Source of the DNA: Parachlamydiales bacterium
Lineage (GTDB): Bacteria > Chlamydiota > Chlamydiia > Chlamydiales > JAJFMK01
NCBI GenBank assembly: GCA_963765145.1
Contig: CAVXVG010000029.1
Span: 32,001-96,000 of the forward strand
DNA length: 64,000 nucleotides
Direction of reading: 5' to 3'
Shown: piece by piece, positions 13,471-23,120 of the stretch
How the letters are laid out: each line of letters begins with the position of its first letter
Position numbering within the stretch: the stretch's first letter is position 1
Made by a program: the position numbers and the translations under genes
The notes under the pieces: model-generated
What the model saw: the letters and a program-made list of their open reading frames with translations, nothing else
The model's database searches: none
Told to the model about the DNA's origin: nothing

Positions 13471-14144
13471 AAAGTCAGTTCCAATTTGATACGACACATT
13501 TAAGAAATTACTTCTTAACAGGGCTTGTTCTACTTCTACCCATTGCCCTGACCATCATCATCGTCACTTTCCTCTTTAACCTATTGACAGCCCCATTTGA
13601 AGGGCTGATGCATAGCTTTCTGACTAGCATTGGCATTTACCATGGTGGTTTTTGGATTCTTTCTGAAGAGCAGTTGGTCAACATGACCAGCAAGATTTTG
13701 ATCCTTGTGCTGATCATCGGTCTTACAATTTTGCTTGGAGCTATTGCCCGTTGGTTTTTCATCAATTGGCTTATCGGAGTTGGAGAAGCTGTTGTCACAA
13801 GAATCCCTCTGATTGGTTCAATCTATAAAACCTCTCAAGACGTGATCAAGACCATCTTTACTTCTAAGACAAGCAGCTTCAAGCAGGTGGTCCTTGCCCC
13901 TTATCCATCTAAAGGGACCTATGCGCTTGGCTTGATTACAAAAGAGGGGGTCACTTCGCATGACCAAGAGGTTTTAGGAGACCGCGTCACTGTTTTTGTT
14001 CCAACCACACCAAACCCTACTTCGGGCTTTCTGTTGCTCTATGAAGTTAAAGACTTGATCTATCTTGATATGGCTATTGAAGATGCCTTGAAGTTTGTCA
14101 TCTCTTGCGGTGTGATCACCTCACCTATTAATAGGAAACAGTAG
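13467..14144 (+). CDS. DUF502 membrane protein, copy 1
   Basis: FLTGLVLLLP, IPLIGSIY, VFVPTTPNPTSGFL; ATGA overlap with the rnr stop. Confidence 0.88.
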   Translation: MKSQFQFDTTHLRNYFLTGLVLLLPIALTIIIVTFLFNLLTAPFEGLMHSFLTSIGIYHGGFWILSEEQLVNMTSKILILVLIIGLTILLGAIARWFFINWLIGVGEAVVTRIPLIGSIYKTSQDVIKTIFTSKTSSFKQVVLAPYPSKGTYALGLITKEGVTSHDQEVLGDRVTVFVPTTPNPTSGFLLLYEVKDLIYLDMAIEDALKFVISCGVITSPINRKQ

Positions 14145-14151
14145 ATCTCTC

Positions 14152-14727
14152 ATGTGGAAATGGTTCATTGAAGGAATCATCCTTCTCTTTCCGATCGTCC
14201 TTTCCTGTTTGATTTTCATCTACTTATTCCAGCTTTTCTCCCATCCGCTCGATGTTTGGCTAGAATCGTTTTTCCCTGCCTTGGCCGGCAAACACTATAC
14301 TGCAAGGCTGATCGCTCTTCTAATGACTCTTGCCTTTATCGTGATCGTTGGCTTTTTAGGAGCACGCTGGATTTTAGGAAGAGTGTTAAAGCAGATACAC
14401 GCACTGTTTTTAAAAATACCAATCATTCGAAAAGTTTTTCATGCTTCTCATGAAGTGGTCAACACGATGTTGAGAGAGGAAGATCGGGGGTTTCAACAGG
14501 TAACACTCTTTCCGTTCGGAGATACTGGCGGTTATGCGGTCTCCTTTTTACCCCGTAAAGACGGGCAATTTGAAGAACACACCGCCGTCTTACTGCCGGG
14601 CACACCAAATCCCCTGCAAGGCTTTATGCTCTATGTAGAGAATGACAAAATCGCCCTTTCCGAGCTACCCATTGGCGCTGCCATGAAGTGGAACATCTCC
14701 ATCGGCTCGTCAGACTTCTCCAAATAA
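14152..14727 (+). CDS. DUF502 membrane protein, copy 2
   Basis: IPIIRKVF, LPGTPNPLQGFM. Confidence 0.8.
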   Translation: MWKWFIEGIILLFPIVLSCLIFIYLFQLFSHPLDVWLESFFPALAGKHYTARLIALLMTLAFIVIVGFLGARWILGRVLKQIHALFLKIPIIRKVFHASHEVVNTMLREEDRGFQQVTLFPFGDTGGYAVSFLPRKDGQFEEHTAVLLPGTPNPLQGFMLYVENDKIALSELPIGAAMKWNISIGSSDFSK

Positions 14728-14739
14728 TTCCTTTTCGTC

Positions 14740-14979
14740 CGCGAAGCGTTTGGAGTGCTAAACGGCGTTGTTGCACAATCAAATAGAATTCGCATACACA
14801 TTGTAGCTTAGGCTTTAGCCTGAGCTCGTTTTGCAGGACTTTAGTCCTGCTAGAAGCTTGCGGGTTAAAACCCGCAAAAACGAACTCAGGCTAAAGCCTA
14901 AGCTACATTTCTCATGATGGCGATTAATTATGCAACAACGCCGTGCTAAACAGGAGTTTAGCACTCCAAACGCTTCGCG
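14740..14979. repeat. Composite: palindrome A > MITE B (14764-14942, 9-bp TSD GTGCTAAAC) > REP doublet C (14802-14907)
   Basis: GTGCTAAAC at 14755-14763 and 14943-14951 flanks TIRs GGCGTTGTTGCACAAT/ATTATGCAACAACGCC. Confidence 0.9.
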
Positions 14980-15008
14980 TAGTATAGATTTTTTAGTGGT
15001 AAAGAGAC

Positions 15009-15599
15009 ATGATGCGGGCAGGGGCAGGGGTTTTGAAGATGAAATACTTTCTTGATGGAATAGCGATTCTTATTCCATTTATCCTGTCAGTTCTCATTGT
15101 GGTGTGGCTGGTTGACTTCTTCACCTATCCTCTCCACCTATGGCTCTCTCATGTGGTTCATCATAGAATCATCATCAAGACGCTGGCTTTTGTATTTACC
15201 GTCATCTTTATCACGACTCTTGGCTTTTTAATCCAAAGGTGGGCGCTTCATCGCTACTTAGACCGATTACATTCTCTGTTCTTAAAAGTACCCATCTTTA
15301 AGACCATTTATAAAAGCTGTTATCAGGCCATTCACGTTCTTTTTAAGAAGAAAGGGCGCGCTTTTAGTGCCGTTGTCACCTTTGAGTATGGCAATACCAA
15401 CGGCCAGGTGGTTGGCCTGATTCCTAGAGAAGAGAACCTCTTTGAAAACCATGTCCCGATCATGCACACGGGGCCAAGCCCCCTTCATAACCTCATCCTT
15501 TTCGTCGACAAGGATAAGCTCCATGCTACTGATATCCCTATAGAAAACGCGATCCGCTGGTCTGTTTCAGCAGGTTCGGCCCCCTTAAACAATTCTTAA
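15009..15599 (+). CDS. DUF502 membrane protein, copy 3 (divergent)
   Basis: FLDGIAILIP, LKVPIFKTIY, degenerate HTGPSP motif. Confidence 0.75.
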   Translation: MMRAGAGVLKMKYFLDGIAILIPFILSVLIVVWLVDFFTYPLHLWLSHVVHHRIIIKTLAFVFTVIFITTLGFLIQRWALHRYLDRLHSLFLKVPIFKTIYKSCYQAIHVLFKKKGRAFSAVVTFEYGNTNGQVVGLIPREENLFENHVPIMHTGPSPLHNLILFVDKDKLHATDIPIENAIRWSVSAGSAPLNNS

Positions 15600-15633
15600 A
15601 AATTCTTTTAAAGAAAAATGCTATACTAGTTGC

Positions 15634-16770
15634 ATGAGTGAAAAGTTCTCTGTCTATAATAACACCGGCGGCGGCGCTCCCCCGGCTGCCCCAATGAAGA
15701 CAGAAACTCCGCTTCTCTTTAAAAGAGACGGTTTTATCCCACCGTCGCAGTCTCTTTTTGATGCCATCAAGATGGAAACCAACCAGAGTAAACACAACGA
15801 CATCTTAACAAAATATTACAAGATGCTGCTCTCCTCGATTTTCTTGAAATGGAAAACAGAAGAAGGAAGCACTCCCCGGCCCATCAAACGAAAAGAGAAA
15901 GTTGAAAAGCCGGCGGTAGAGAGAAAGAAGCTCGATCTGCAGATTGGCAAAAAGATAGACGCCGCTTCGGACAAAGTCTTGATCACAATTGGCAAAGCTC
16001 TTCTGCCCGTTGCTAAACCCCCGTACAAACTCGCCCTAAGTGGGCTAGATCTTCTTGGCAAAGGGCTGAACAAAGCAGATGCGCTTATCGACAAGGCTAT
16101 CCTTAAAGTGCTTGTTGAGCCGGCCATTCTCCTCTATGAAAAGGTGATGCCTCCCCTTCAGAAAGTCGTTTCGATGATCAATCAAGCATTGACCATGACA
16201 TTAGAAATGTTAGAACGAGAAGGAGAGCGGATCATCGAATTTATCATTGTTCCTCTTGCTGAAGCATTGGAAACCGTTCAAATCCTAGCTAAAAAAATCT
16301 ATACTCCTCTTAGAAAAGCTAAAAATTGGATGGTCAAAAAATTGCCTTCCATACCAAAACCAAGCGCTATTTTAGAGCCATTAGACAGGGTCATTATCAA
16401 ACCCCTTAAAACCTTTATCAACACTTTCATCGCTACTCCAATGGCCAAAGTGTTGCAAAAAATGGGGACTAGCGTCCAAAAGGGGTCTCAGTTTTTATCT
16501 AAAAAAGGGTCCATAGCCTATTTGATGGCATCTAATTTCTGCCGTTCGGTAGGGGCAAGGCTTGGCCGTCTCCTCGAATTCCTATTCGGAATAGTGCTTA
16601 GAAGGCTCGGTCGATTCCTTCTATGGCTATTTAAGCAAATAAAAAGGCTATCCATTCAAGCATGGAAGTTCATCCGTACCATTCCACATTACCTCTCTAA
16701 AGCCGTTACAAAATGTTACGAGGTCGTCTGCAAGCTGACCCAATGGGCCGTTAGAAGATTCCAGCGATAA
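15634..16770 (+). CDS. Hypothetical basic, helical protein
   Basis: 378-aa ORF; no motif recognised. Confidence 0.65.
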   Translation: MSEKFSVYNNTGGGAPPAAPMKTETPLLFKRDGFIPPSQSLFDAIKMETNQSKHNDILTKYYKMLLSSIFLKWKTEEGSTPRPIKRKEKVEKPAVERKKLDLQIGKKIDAASDKVLITIGKALLPVAKPPYKLALSGLDLLGKGLNKADALIDKAILKVLVEPAILLYEKVMPPLQKVVSMINQALTMTLEMLEREGERIIEFIIVPLAEALETVQILAKKIYTPLRKAKNWMVKKLPSIPKPSAILEPLDRVIIKPLKTFINTFIATPMAKVLQKMGTSVQKGSQFLSKKGSIAYLMASNFCRSVGARLGRLLEFLFGIVLRRLGRFLLWLFKQIKRLSIQAWKFIRTIPHYLSKAVTKCYEVVCKLTQWAVRRFQR

Positions 16771-17020
16771 ATGATCAAATTGAAGTCACTACACTTTTAC
16801 AACGCGAAGCGTTTGGAGTGCTAAACTCCTGTTTAGCTTTGACTTATCAGTGAAAGTGAAAGCTAAACAGGAGTTTAGCACATACTGTAATTGCGCTTCA
16901 GAGCTTAGCCGGTAAGAAAATGGGCTGTTCTAGGAGGGTTTTAAAAACCCCACGGAGTAGTACTAGACTCTCCAGGCTTTGGCTTGGTAGCCTAAGCAAG
17001 CAATACAGGAGAACAGCCCA

Positions 17021-18122
17021 ATGAAACATTATATCGGTTTAGACGTATCTTTGAAAACTACTGCCATCTGCATCATGGCTCAAGATGGTAAGATCATCCG
17101 AGAGATGACAGCCGCTACTGACCCTTTAGCTATCGCAACTGCGATCAAGACGACCAAGCTCACTATTGAAGCTATAGCAATTGAAGCTGGTGGAACAAGC
17201 CGATGGCTTGTTCAAGAACTTCAAGAGCTTGACCTTCCAGCGATATGTATCGACTCTCGCAAAATGGCTGCCGCCATCGCAATCAAAGCCAATAAAACAG
17301 ACAAAAACGATGCGAGGGAAATCGCAAACGCCCTTCGGACTGGCTACTTTCAAGAGGTCTATCAAAAAAACGATACAAATATGAGCATCAAAAGTCTCTT
17401 AAACATCCGACGCAATCTGGTGATACAAAGAACCATGACGAGTAACTGTATCCGCGGTACTTTGAGATGTTGTGGAAAGCTTTTTTTAGGGTCTAGTAGT
17501 AGTCAAAAGAACTTCATAGAGAAGGTAACAGAGTCGATACAAGATCAACCTGAAGAGGTCGCAATGGGCATTCGTGCACTTTTAGTAACCTTTTCTCAAC
17601 TTCACAAACTAGTAGATGAAATAGACAAGAAGATCGAAGACATAGGAAAGAGATGACGAAGTCGTTCAGCTGCTAATGACAGTTCCTGGTGTAGGGATCG
17701 TAACTGCAGTGAGCTATAAGGTTGAAATTGGAGACCCAAAAAGATTCACACGATCGAGGTCAGTTGGAGCATATGTTGGGATGACTCCAAGGCAGTATAG
17801 TTCAGGTGAAACCGAGCATCAGGGGAAAATAACAAAGATTGGATCAAATGAACTCAGAGCGCTGCTATCTGATGCCGCCATGAGCATGATGTATCGATGC
17901 AAAACATGGAGTAGAGCCAAAGTTTTTGGGCTAAAGATCAATAAGAAGCATGGGCATAAAAAAGCTATAGTTGCCCTTGGTCGGAAGCTTGGTGTGATAA
18001 TGCATCGAATGTGGACAGAAGGTAAACCATTTGAAGCTGGTGAAGTCGAGAAAAAAGAAATTGATAAAGTAACCAAGCCAAGTCGGAAAGAGAAGAAAAA
18101 ATCAAAGCAGATGGCTGCTTAA
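17021..18122 (+). CDS. IS110-family recombinase (DEDD RuvC-like plus Tnp domain); frameshift near 17650
   Basis: YIGLDVS, IAIEA, KTDKNDA in ORF 17021-17656; TVPGVG, GMTPRQYSSG, AIVALGRKL in ORF 17676-18122. Confidence 0.93.
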
Positions 18123-18192
18123 GAAAAGTTAAAAAAGTTCTCAAAGAGCGAAAGAGCAGAGAGAGTAAGAAAAAAGATTCAAATACGAGTTC

Positions 18193-18348
18193 GAAATAAG
18201 GTTAAGACGCTTTGGAGTTGACGCTAATAAGACGTCGTGTAGCACATTGTCTTACCTTGTTTCTTTTGGAAAGTATGTTGGGGCTGAAGATCAGCTAATA
18301 AGGCCGAAATCTTCAATAAAAAGGACCCCGGAGAGAACTATGACCGAG
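18193..18348 (+). ncRNA. Putative bridge/seek RNA (target-binding loop plus donor-binding loop); ends approximate
   Basis: Target guides TTTGGAGT (18211-18218) and TAGCAC (18240-18245). Donor guides AGTATGT (18272-18278) and AGAGAAC (18332-18338). Each pair lies in an internal loop closed by stems. Confidence 0.85.
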
Positions 18349-18548
18349 TTAGAATTTTATTTTTTACGATCAAGCTTTGGAAGCCCATAGAGGAAGTTGT
18401 CAATTATCTTGGGGGAAGTATCCCCCAAACCCCCTCGGCTTAGGAAGGGGAAAGAGAAAAAATCATGCTTGCCTAGAAACGCAATTAGAGAACTCCAAAC
18501 GCTTCGCGAAGGCAGAATTCTCTGCACGCTGGTTAAATTATGTTTTAG

Positions 18549-19956
18549 TTAAAGCTTTTTCAATTTGGGGCCGTTGGCGGTGTCTTCAATTTGAAAACCG
18601 GCCGTTGTGATCAATGCTCTTAAACGGTCTGCCTCTGCCCAGTTTTTATCTTTTCTTGCGACTAATCTTTGGTCAAAGGCCGCTTGCACATCTTGTGGAA
18701 CTTCAAGCTCTTGTTTCCACACAAAAATGCCCAGTATGGCATCGATTTCATGGAGAAAATCGAGGACAATCTTCTTTCCTAAAGGTCCCACACTCCCCTC
18801 ATCGATCATCTGGTTCACATGTCTAACAAGGTCAAACAAAGCAGCTAAGGCCGGCGAAATATTGAGGTCGTCGGCAAGGGCAAGCTTCATTTTCTCTCTG
18901 GTTGTTGCAACCAGTTCATGCACATCCCCTTCAACTTTTCCCGGTACAACATCGTTTAACCGGCCGATAAAATCGTCTAGACGTCGCAATGCATGGCGAG
19001 ATGCCTCTAACCCTTCGATTGTGAAATTTAATTGGGTTCTATAGTGAACGGAAAGAAGCAAATAACGGATCTCCCTCCCGTGGTACCCTTTTTCCAAAAG
19101 ATCTCTCAGGGTAAAAAAGTTGCCAAGCGATTTTGACATTTTTTTCCCATCTACAATTAAATGTTCCGAGTGGAGCCAGGTTTTGACAAACTTGCAGCCA
19201 CTGCAGCTTTCCGACTGCGCGATTTCGTTTTCATGGTGCGGGAAAATGTTGTCGACTGCACCACAATGGATATCGAGTGCCGGCCCTAAAAGGGCTGTAG
19301 CCATTGCAGAGCACTCGATATGCCATCCTGGACGCCCTTTACCCCATGGGCTTTCCCAAAAAATTTGGCTATCTCTTTCTTTGTCATACCCTTTCCATAA
19401 GACAAAGTCGGCTACCCTTTCTTTATCATATTCATCGTGGACAACCCTTTCAGAGCCCCCTTCTTTCAATTCATCCAAATGGAGGTGAGACAAGGCACCG
19501 TACTGTGGGAATTTCTCAATCGAAAAATAAACGCTGCCGTCATGACCAACATACGCAACCCCTTTCTGAATGAGTTGTTCGATCATTTTGACCATATCAG
19601 GAATGTAATCGGTGGCTTTTGGACGGTGTTCAACCTCTTCAATAGCAAGCGTTTTCAAGTCTTCTAGAAAAGCTTTTGTGTAGGGCGCAGTATATTGATC
19701 AAGAGTGACATTGTCTCTGATAGCTCCACGAATGGTTTTGTCATCCACATCGGTGATGTTCATCACCTGTTCTACTGCATATCCAAAGTGTTTTAGAGTT
19801 CTTCTTAGTAGGTCCTCGAACACATAGGTGCGAAAATTTCCGATATGGGCAAAATGGTAAACCGTAGGGCCGCACGTATAAAGCCGGACTTTATTCTTTT
19901 CATGGGGAACAAAGGCCTCTTTTTGCTCTTGTTAACGTATTGAAAAATGTAATCAC
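18549..19956 (-). CDS. cysS: Cysteine-tRNA ligase; 1-nt frameshift near 19920
   Basis: YTCGPTVY..HIGN upstream, NITDVDDK, GRPGWHIECS, FPHHENE, KMSKS. The GTG start overlaps the aas stop. Confidence 0.95.
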
Positions 19957-22619
19957 TCGAGAAATTCCCCTTCTAACTTTTTATAATCAATTTTACCGGT
20001 ACCTAAAATCGGAATATCTGGCAGTTGATAGACCAAAGAAAACCTTGCCAAATTGCTAAATCCACCTTTACGCAAGACGCCATTGGCTTCATCTAAAGTC
20101 AATGGCTTAGTGGTAAATAAAATCAGCCTGGGTCTATCAGCTCCTCCCTCTTTGGCGGCAACAGCAAAGGCAGGCCCCCCCTCTCCATTTGGGAACGTTT
20201 CTGAAAGAACGTCTTCCAAGCTTGCCAAACTGATCATTTCACCACCCACTTTAATAAATCGTTTCAAACGACCCACTAAAGTTAAATAACCCTCTTCATC
20301 TAAGTACCCTAAATCTCCTGTCTGGTACCACACTTTTCCGTCGTGTGTGATGAAAGGTGAAGCTTGACCTGGGTTCAAGTAGCCAGAAAAAACATTAGGC
20401 CCTCTAGCAAGGATCAACCCAATTTGCCCTATAGGTATCTTTGCCTTGGTTTCGGGGTGGATGATGTCTAGTTCAACCCCTTTTAAAGGTCTGCCTACCC
20501 CCTTGGCCTTTTCTCCTGGTCTATTGAATGTTAAAATAGGGGAACATTCGGTAATGCCATACCCTTCAATCAGGGTATTGTCTAAATGCAAAATACGGGC
20601 TATTTCAAACAGTTCTATCGGTGCTTTTTCTGCACCGGACACAAGGAGGCGCAATGTTTTGACCTCGTCAGCTTTTGCATTTTTTAAGATTCGTTTTAAA
20701 AACGTGGGCGCACCGCATAAAATGGTCCCCTTGTAGGTTTCGATCCCTTTTACGATCCGGTGCGTCTCATTTGGATTGGAATAAAAGCTGGCCCGCAATC
20801 CTAACAATGGGGCAGCCAAAGTGGATACTGTCAAACCAAAAGAGTGAAAGGGGGGTAAAAAACTTTGCATGACATCATCTTCAAAAAGGTCAACAGAACT
20901 ATTGACGGCCTCGATGTTGCTTAAGATGTTGTAATGTGAAAGGGGCACCCCTTTAGGCAGCCCTTCGCTTCCACTTGTAAAAAGAACCACGGCAGGGTCA
21001 TCTCGATGGACTTTATCCAAACCCCATTTCTTTACAAGCCACTTCGTTGGTAAAAACGAATGGAGGTAGGCCTTTATTTTTTTCCCTTCGGTGATCTCTT
21101 TCCGCAGATCCTCTAATTGCACCAACTTATCGGTTAAGTCGCCAAAATCAACGTTTGAGAGGCGATCTAAAAAACTCCACGAAGTGATGGCTGTTTTCAT
21201 CCCGGTTAAACGCATGACAGATTCAACGTGCCTTCTGCCTAGCGTCCAGTTAATCATGATGGGCACTTTTTTAGCCGCAACGCAGGCTAAAAAACAGACA
21301 AGAGCTGTCACACTTGCCGGCAGTAAAATACCTACACTTTCACCCGGCATTTTTGCAAAAATTTCACGCAGGATGGCAACCCTTACCTTTAAATCCCGAT
21401 AAGTAAGAATACCGCTAATCGAATCAGCTACAATGGCACGTCCGGCTTGAGCATTTGCTTGTCTTAAGAACGCTTCCACAATTGTAGTGCCGCCAGGGAA
21501 AACAGCTTTGGTTGATGGATTTTTTTTCAGCCATTTTTCCAAGTTTTGAGGCTGCTCATCTTCTGGGACTGGAATGATTTCTTTCACAGCAAAACCTAAA
21601 ACATCCTTCACAGTGATTAAATCTTCTCCTGATATTTCCATTACATCAAATGACTCTTCAAGGAAAGAGGAGATATCTGCCGTGTCTAGAGAATCGAGGC
21701 CAAGGTCCGATGCCAATTCCATCTCTTCTTTGATTTCGTGTGGAGCAATGTCAGACAGTTCAGACAGCTTAGCAAATATTTTTTGTTTGATGATGGGGGT
21801 TATTGGTTCATGTTTCTTTGAGATGACTCGCTCTTTTAATCTCTCTTCTACCCACTTAGGCTCGGCCCCAAATCGATTATAGGGGACGATATTGATGGGA
21901 TCTGGCTCTAAATTATACCAATCCTCTAACGACTGGTTCATCTCGTGACGATTTAACGTTGATAAGTCACTTGGTGCCACCTCGAACACCACCTTAACTT
22001 TCCTGCGTGGATTAAAAAAAATAAAATTTTTAAGGGTAATCCAAATCCCTTTTTTCAATATCTCTGCTCCGACGGGAGTTTTGTTTGTGTATGCTCGTGA
22101 AAAGCGGCTGCCCCACAACCCTGTCGTCCGAACCAAGACAACATCCACATTGGGCGCCTCTTGTATCAAGTGGTGAAGGCCCGAAGCCCCGCCGATTTGT
22201 TCCTTCTCCCCTCCCTTCACCTTGCCTGCAGGATAAAAAAGGAAAGCCTGTCCTTGCTTAAGCCCATCAACGACCTCTTGCAAGGCCACGTTCATCCGAC
22301 GAACTTTATTGCTATTACTGGTCGCGCCAAAGTTGGGAATTGGCACAGCATCAATCCGTTGCATTAAAAATTTAACACCCGGAAGAAAATACATGTATTC
22401 TACGACAACCGGACGCATTGCAATTTTTTTTAACGCAACAAGCATCACGACCACAGGGTCAATGAAGGCGGCCGGGTGATTGGGAAGAATAAGGACACCT
22501 CTTCCGTTTTTACCAACCTCTTTGGAAATTTGATCCAATCCTACAATTTCTATTGAGTAGCGCAGAGAAAGTAAGCATCGAAGAAGCCATTCGAGCAGGC
22601 GATTCAGTAGCAATTTCAT
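19953..22619 (-). CDS. aas: Aas-like acyltransferase / acyl carrier domain / acyl-ACP synthetase fusion
   Basis: PlsC-like NHP...DP and FYPAG; carrier motif DLGLDSLD; AMP-binding FTSGSEGLPKGV, EGYGITE, TGDLG. Confidence 0.85.
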   Translation of the reverse strand: MKLLLNRLLEWLLRCLLSLRYSIEIVGLDQISKEVGKNGRGVLILPNHPAAFIDPVVVMLVALKKIAMRPVVVEYMYFLPGVKFLMQRIDAVPIPNFGATSNSNKVRRMNVALQEVVDGLKQGQAFLFYPAGKVKGGEKEQIGGASGLHHLIQEAPNVDVVLVRTTGLWGSRFSRAYTNKTPVGAEILKKGIWITLKNFIFFNPRRKVKVVFEVAPSDLSTLNRHEMNQSLEDWYNLEPDPINIVPYNRFGAEPKWVEERLKERVISKKHEPITPIIKQKIFAKLSELSDIAPHEIKEEMELASDLGLDSLDTADISSFLEESFDVMEISGEDLITVKDVLGFAVKEIIPVPEDEQPQNLEKWLKKNPSTKAVFPGGTTIVEAFLRQANAQAGRAIVADSISGILTYRDLKVRVAILREIFAKMPGESVGILLPASVTALVCFLACVAAKKVPIMINWTLGRRHVESVMRLTGMKTAITSWSFLDRLSNVDFGDLTDKLVQLEDLRKEITEGKKIKAYLHSFLPTKWLVKKWGLDKVHRDDPAVVLFTSGSEGLPKGVPLSHYNILSNIEAVNSSVDLFEDDVMQSFLPPFHSFGLTVSTLAAPLLGLRASFYSNPNETHRIVKGIETYKGTILCGAPTFLKRILKNAKADEVKTLRLLVSGAEKAPIELFEIARILHLDNTLIEGYGITECSPILTFNRPGEKAKGVGRPLKGVELDIIHPETKAKIPIGQIGLILARGPNVFSGYLNPGQASPFITHDGKVWYQTGDLGYLDEEGYLTLVGRLKRFIKVGGEMISLASLEDVLSETFPNGEGGPAFAVAAKEGGADRPRLILFTTKPLTLDEANGVLRKGGFSNLARFSLVYQLPDIPILGTGKIDYKKLEGEFLE

Positions 22620-22805
22620 AATCGCTATAGTATACCAAACGTAATAAATAACGTTACATTTGAGCGCGTGAAAGCGCCGCGATTCAAAGATCTCGATCGA
22701 GGTTGTATTTCTAATACTGTCTCGATCGAGATCTTTGAATCCCGGCAGCTTTGACGCGGCTCAAATGTACCGTTATTTGTTGCGTTTGGTATAATATGCT
22801 TAATT

Positions 22806-23120
22806 ATGACTAAAGCCATCATTCCTCAAGACCTTTTTACTATGTGCCAAAATGGAGCCGTGACTCTCATTGACGTCCGTGAAAAGGAAGAATATGACGA
22901 AGGACACATCGAAGGCTCTCGCCTCATTCCCCTTGTTACCTTTCTAGCAGATCCAATACTCGTGAAGCCTGAACAGCCTGTCGTTTTTATGTGCCGATCT
23001 GGAAAACGTTCAGAACGCGCGTTGAATGCTTATTTAATTAAATTTCCTGATGCAACAGCTTACAATTTGACCGGAGGCATCCTTGCATGGATAGCTGCCT
23101 CACTACCTATAGAAAAATAA
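22806..23120 (+). CDS. Rhodanese-domain protein
   Basis: LIDVRE..EY..GHI, CRSGKRS, LTGGILAW. Confidence 0.92.
   Translation: MTKAIIPQDLFTMCQNGAVTLIDVREKEEYDEGHIEGSRLIPLVTFLADPILVKPEQPVVFMCRSGKRSERALNAYLIKFPDATAYNLTGGILAWIAASLPIEK

Larger units (their letters stand above)
16882..18493 (+). mobile_element. IS110-family (IS1111-group) insertion sequence, about 1.6 kb, AC core
   Basis: AC at both junctions (16880-81 and 18492-93). Sub-terminal IRs TAATTGCGCTTC (16888-16899) and GAAACGCAATTA (18476-18487). Short left end, about 370-bp right end. Confidence 0.92.
16803..18508. repeat. Palindrome A copy interrupted in its right arm by the IS110-family element
   Basis: 16803-16881 (CGCGAAGCG...GAGTTTAGCAC) joined to 18494-18508 (TCCAAACGCTTCGCG) rebuilds an intact A. 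Confidence 0.92.
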
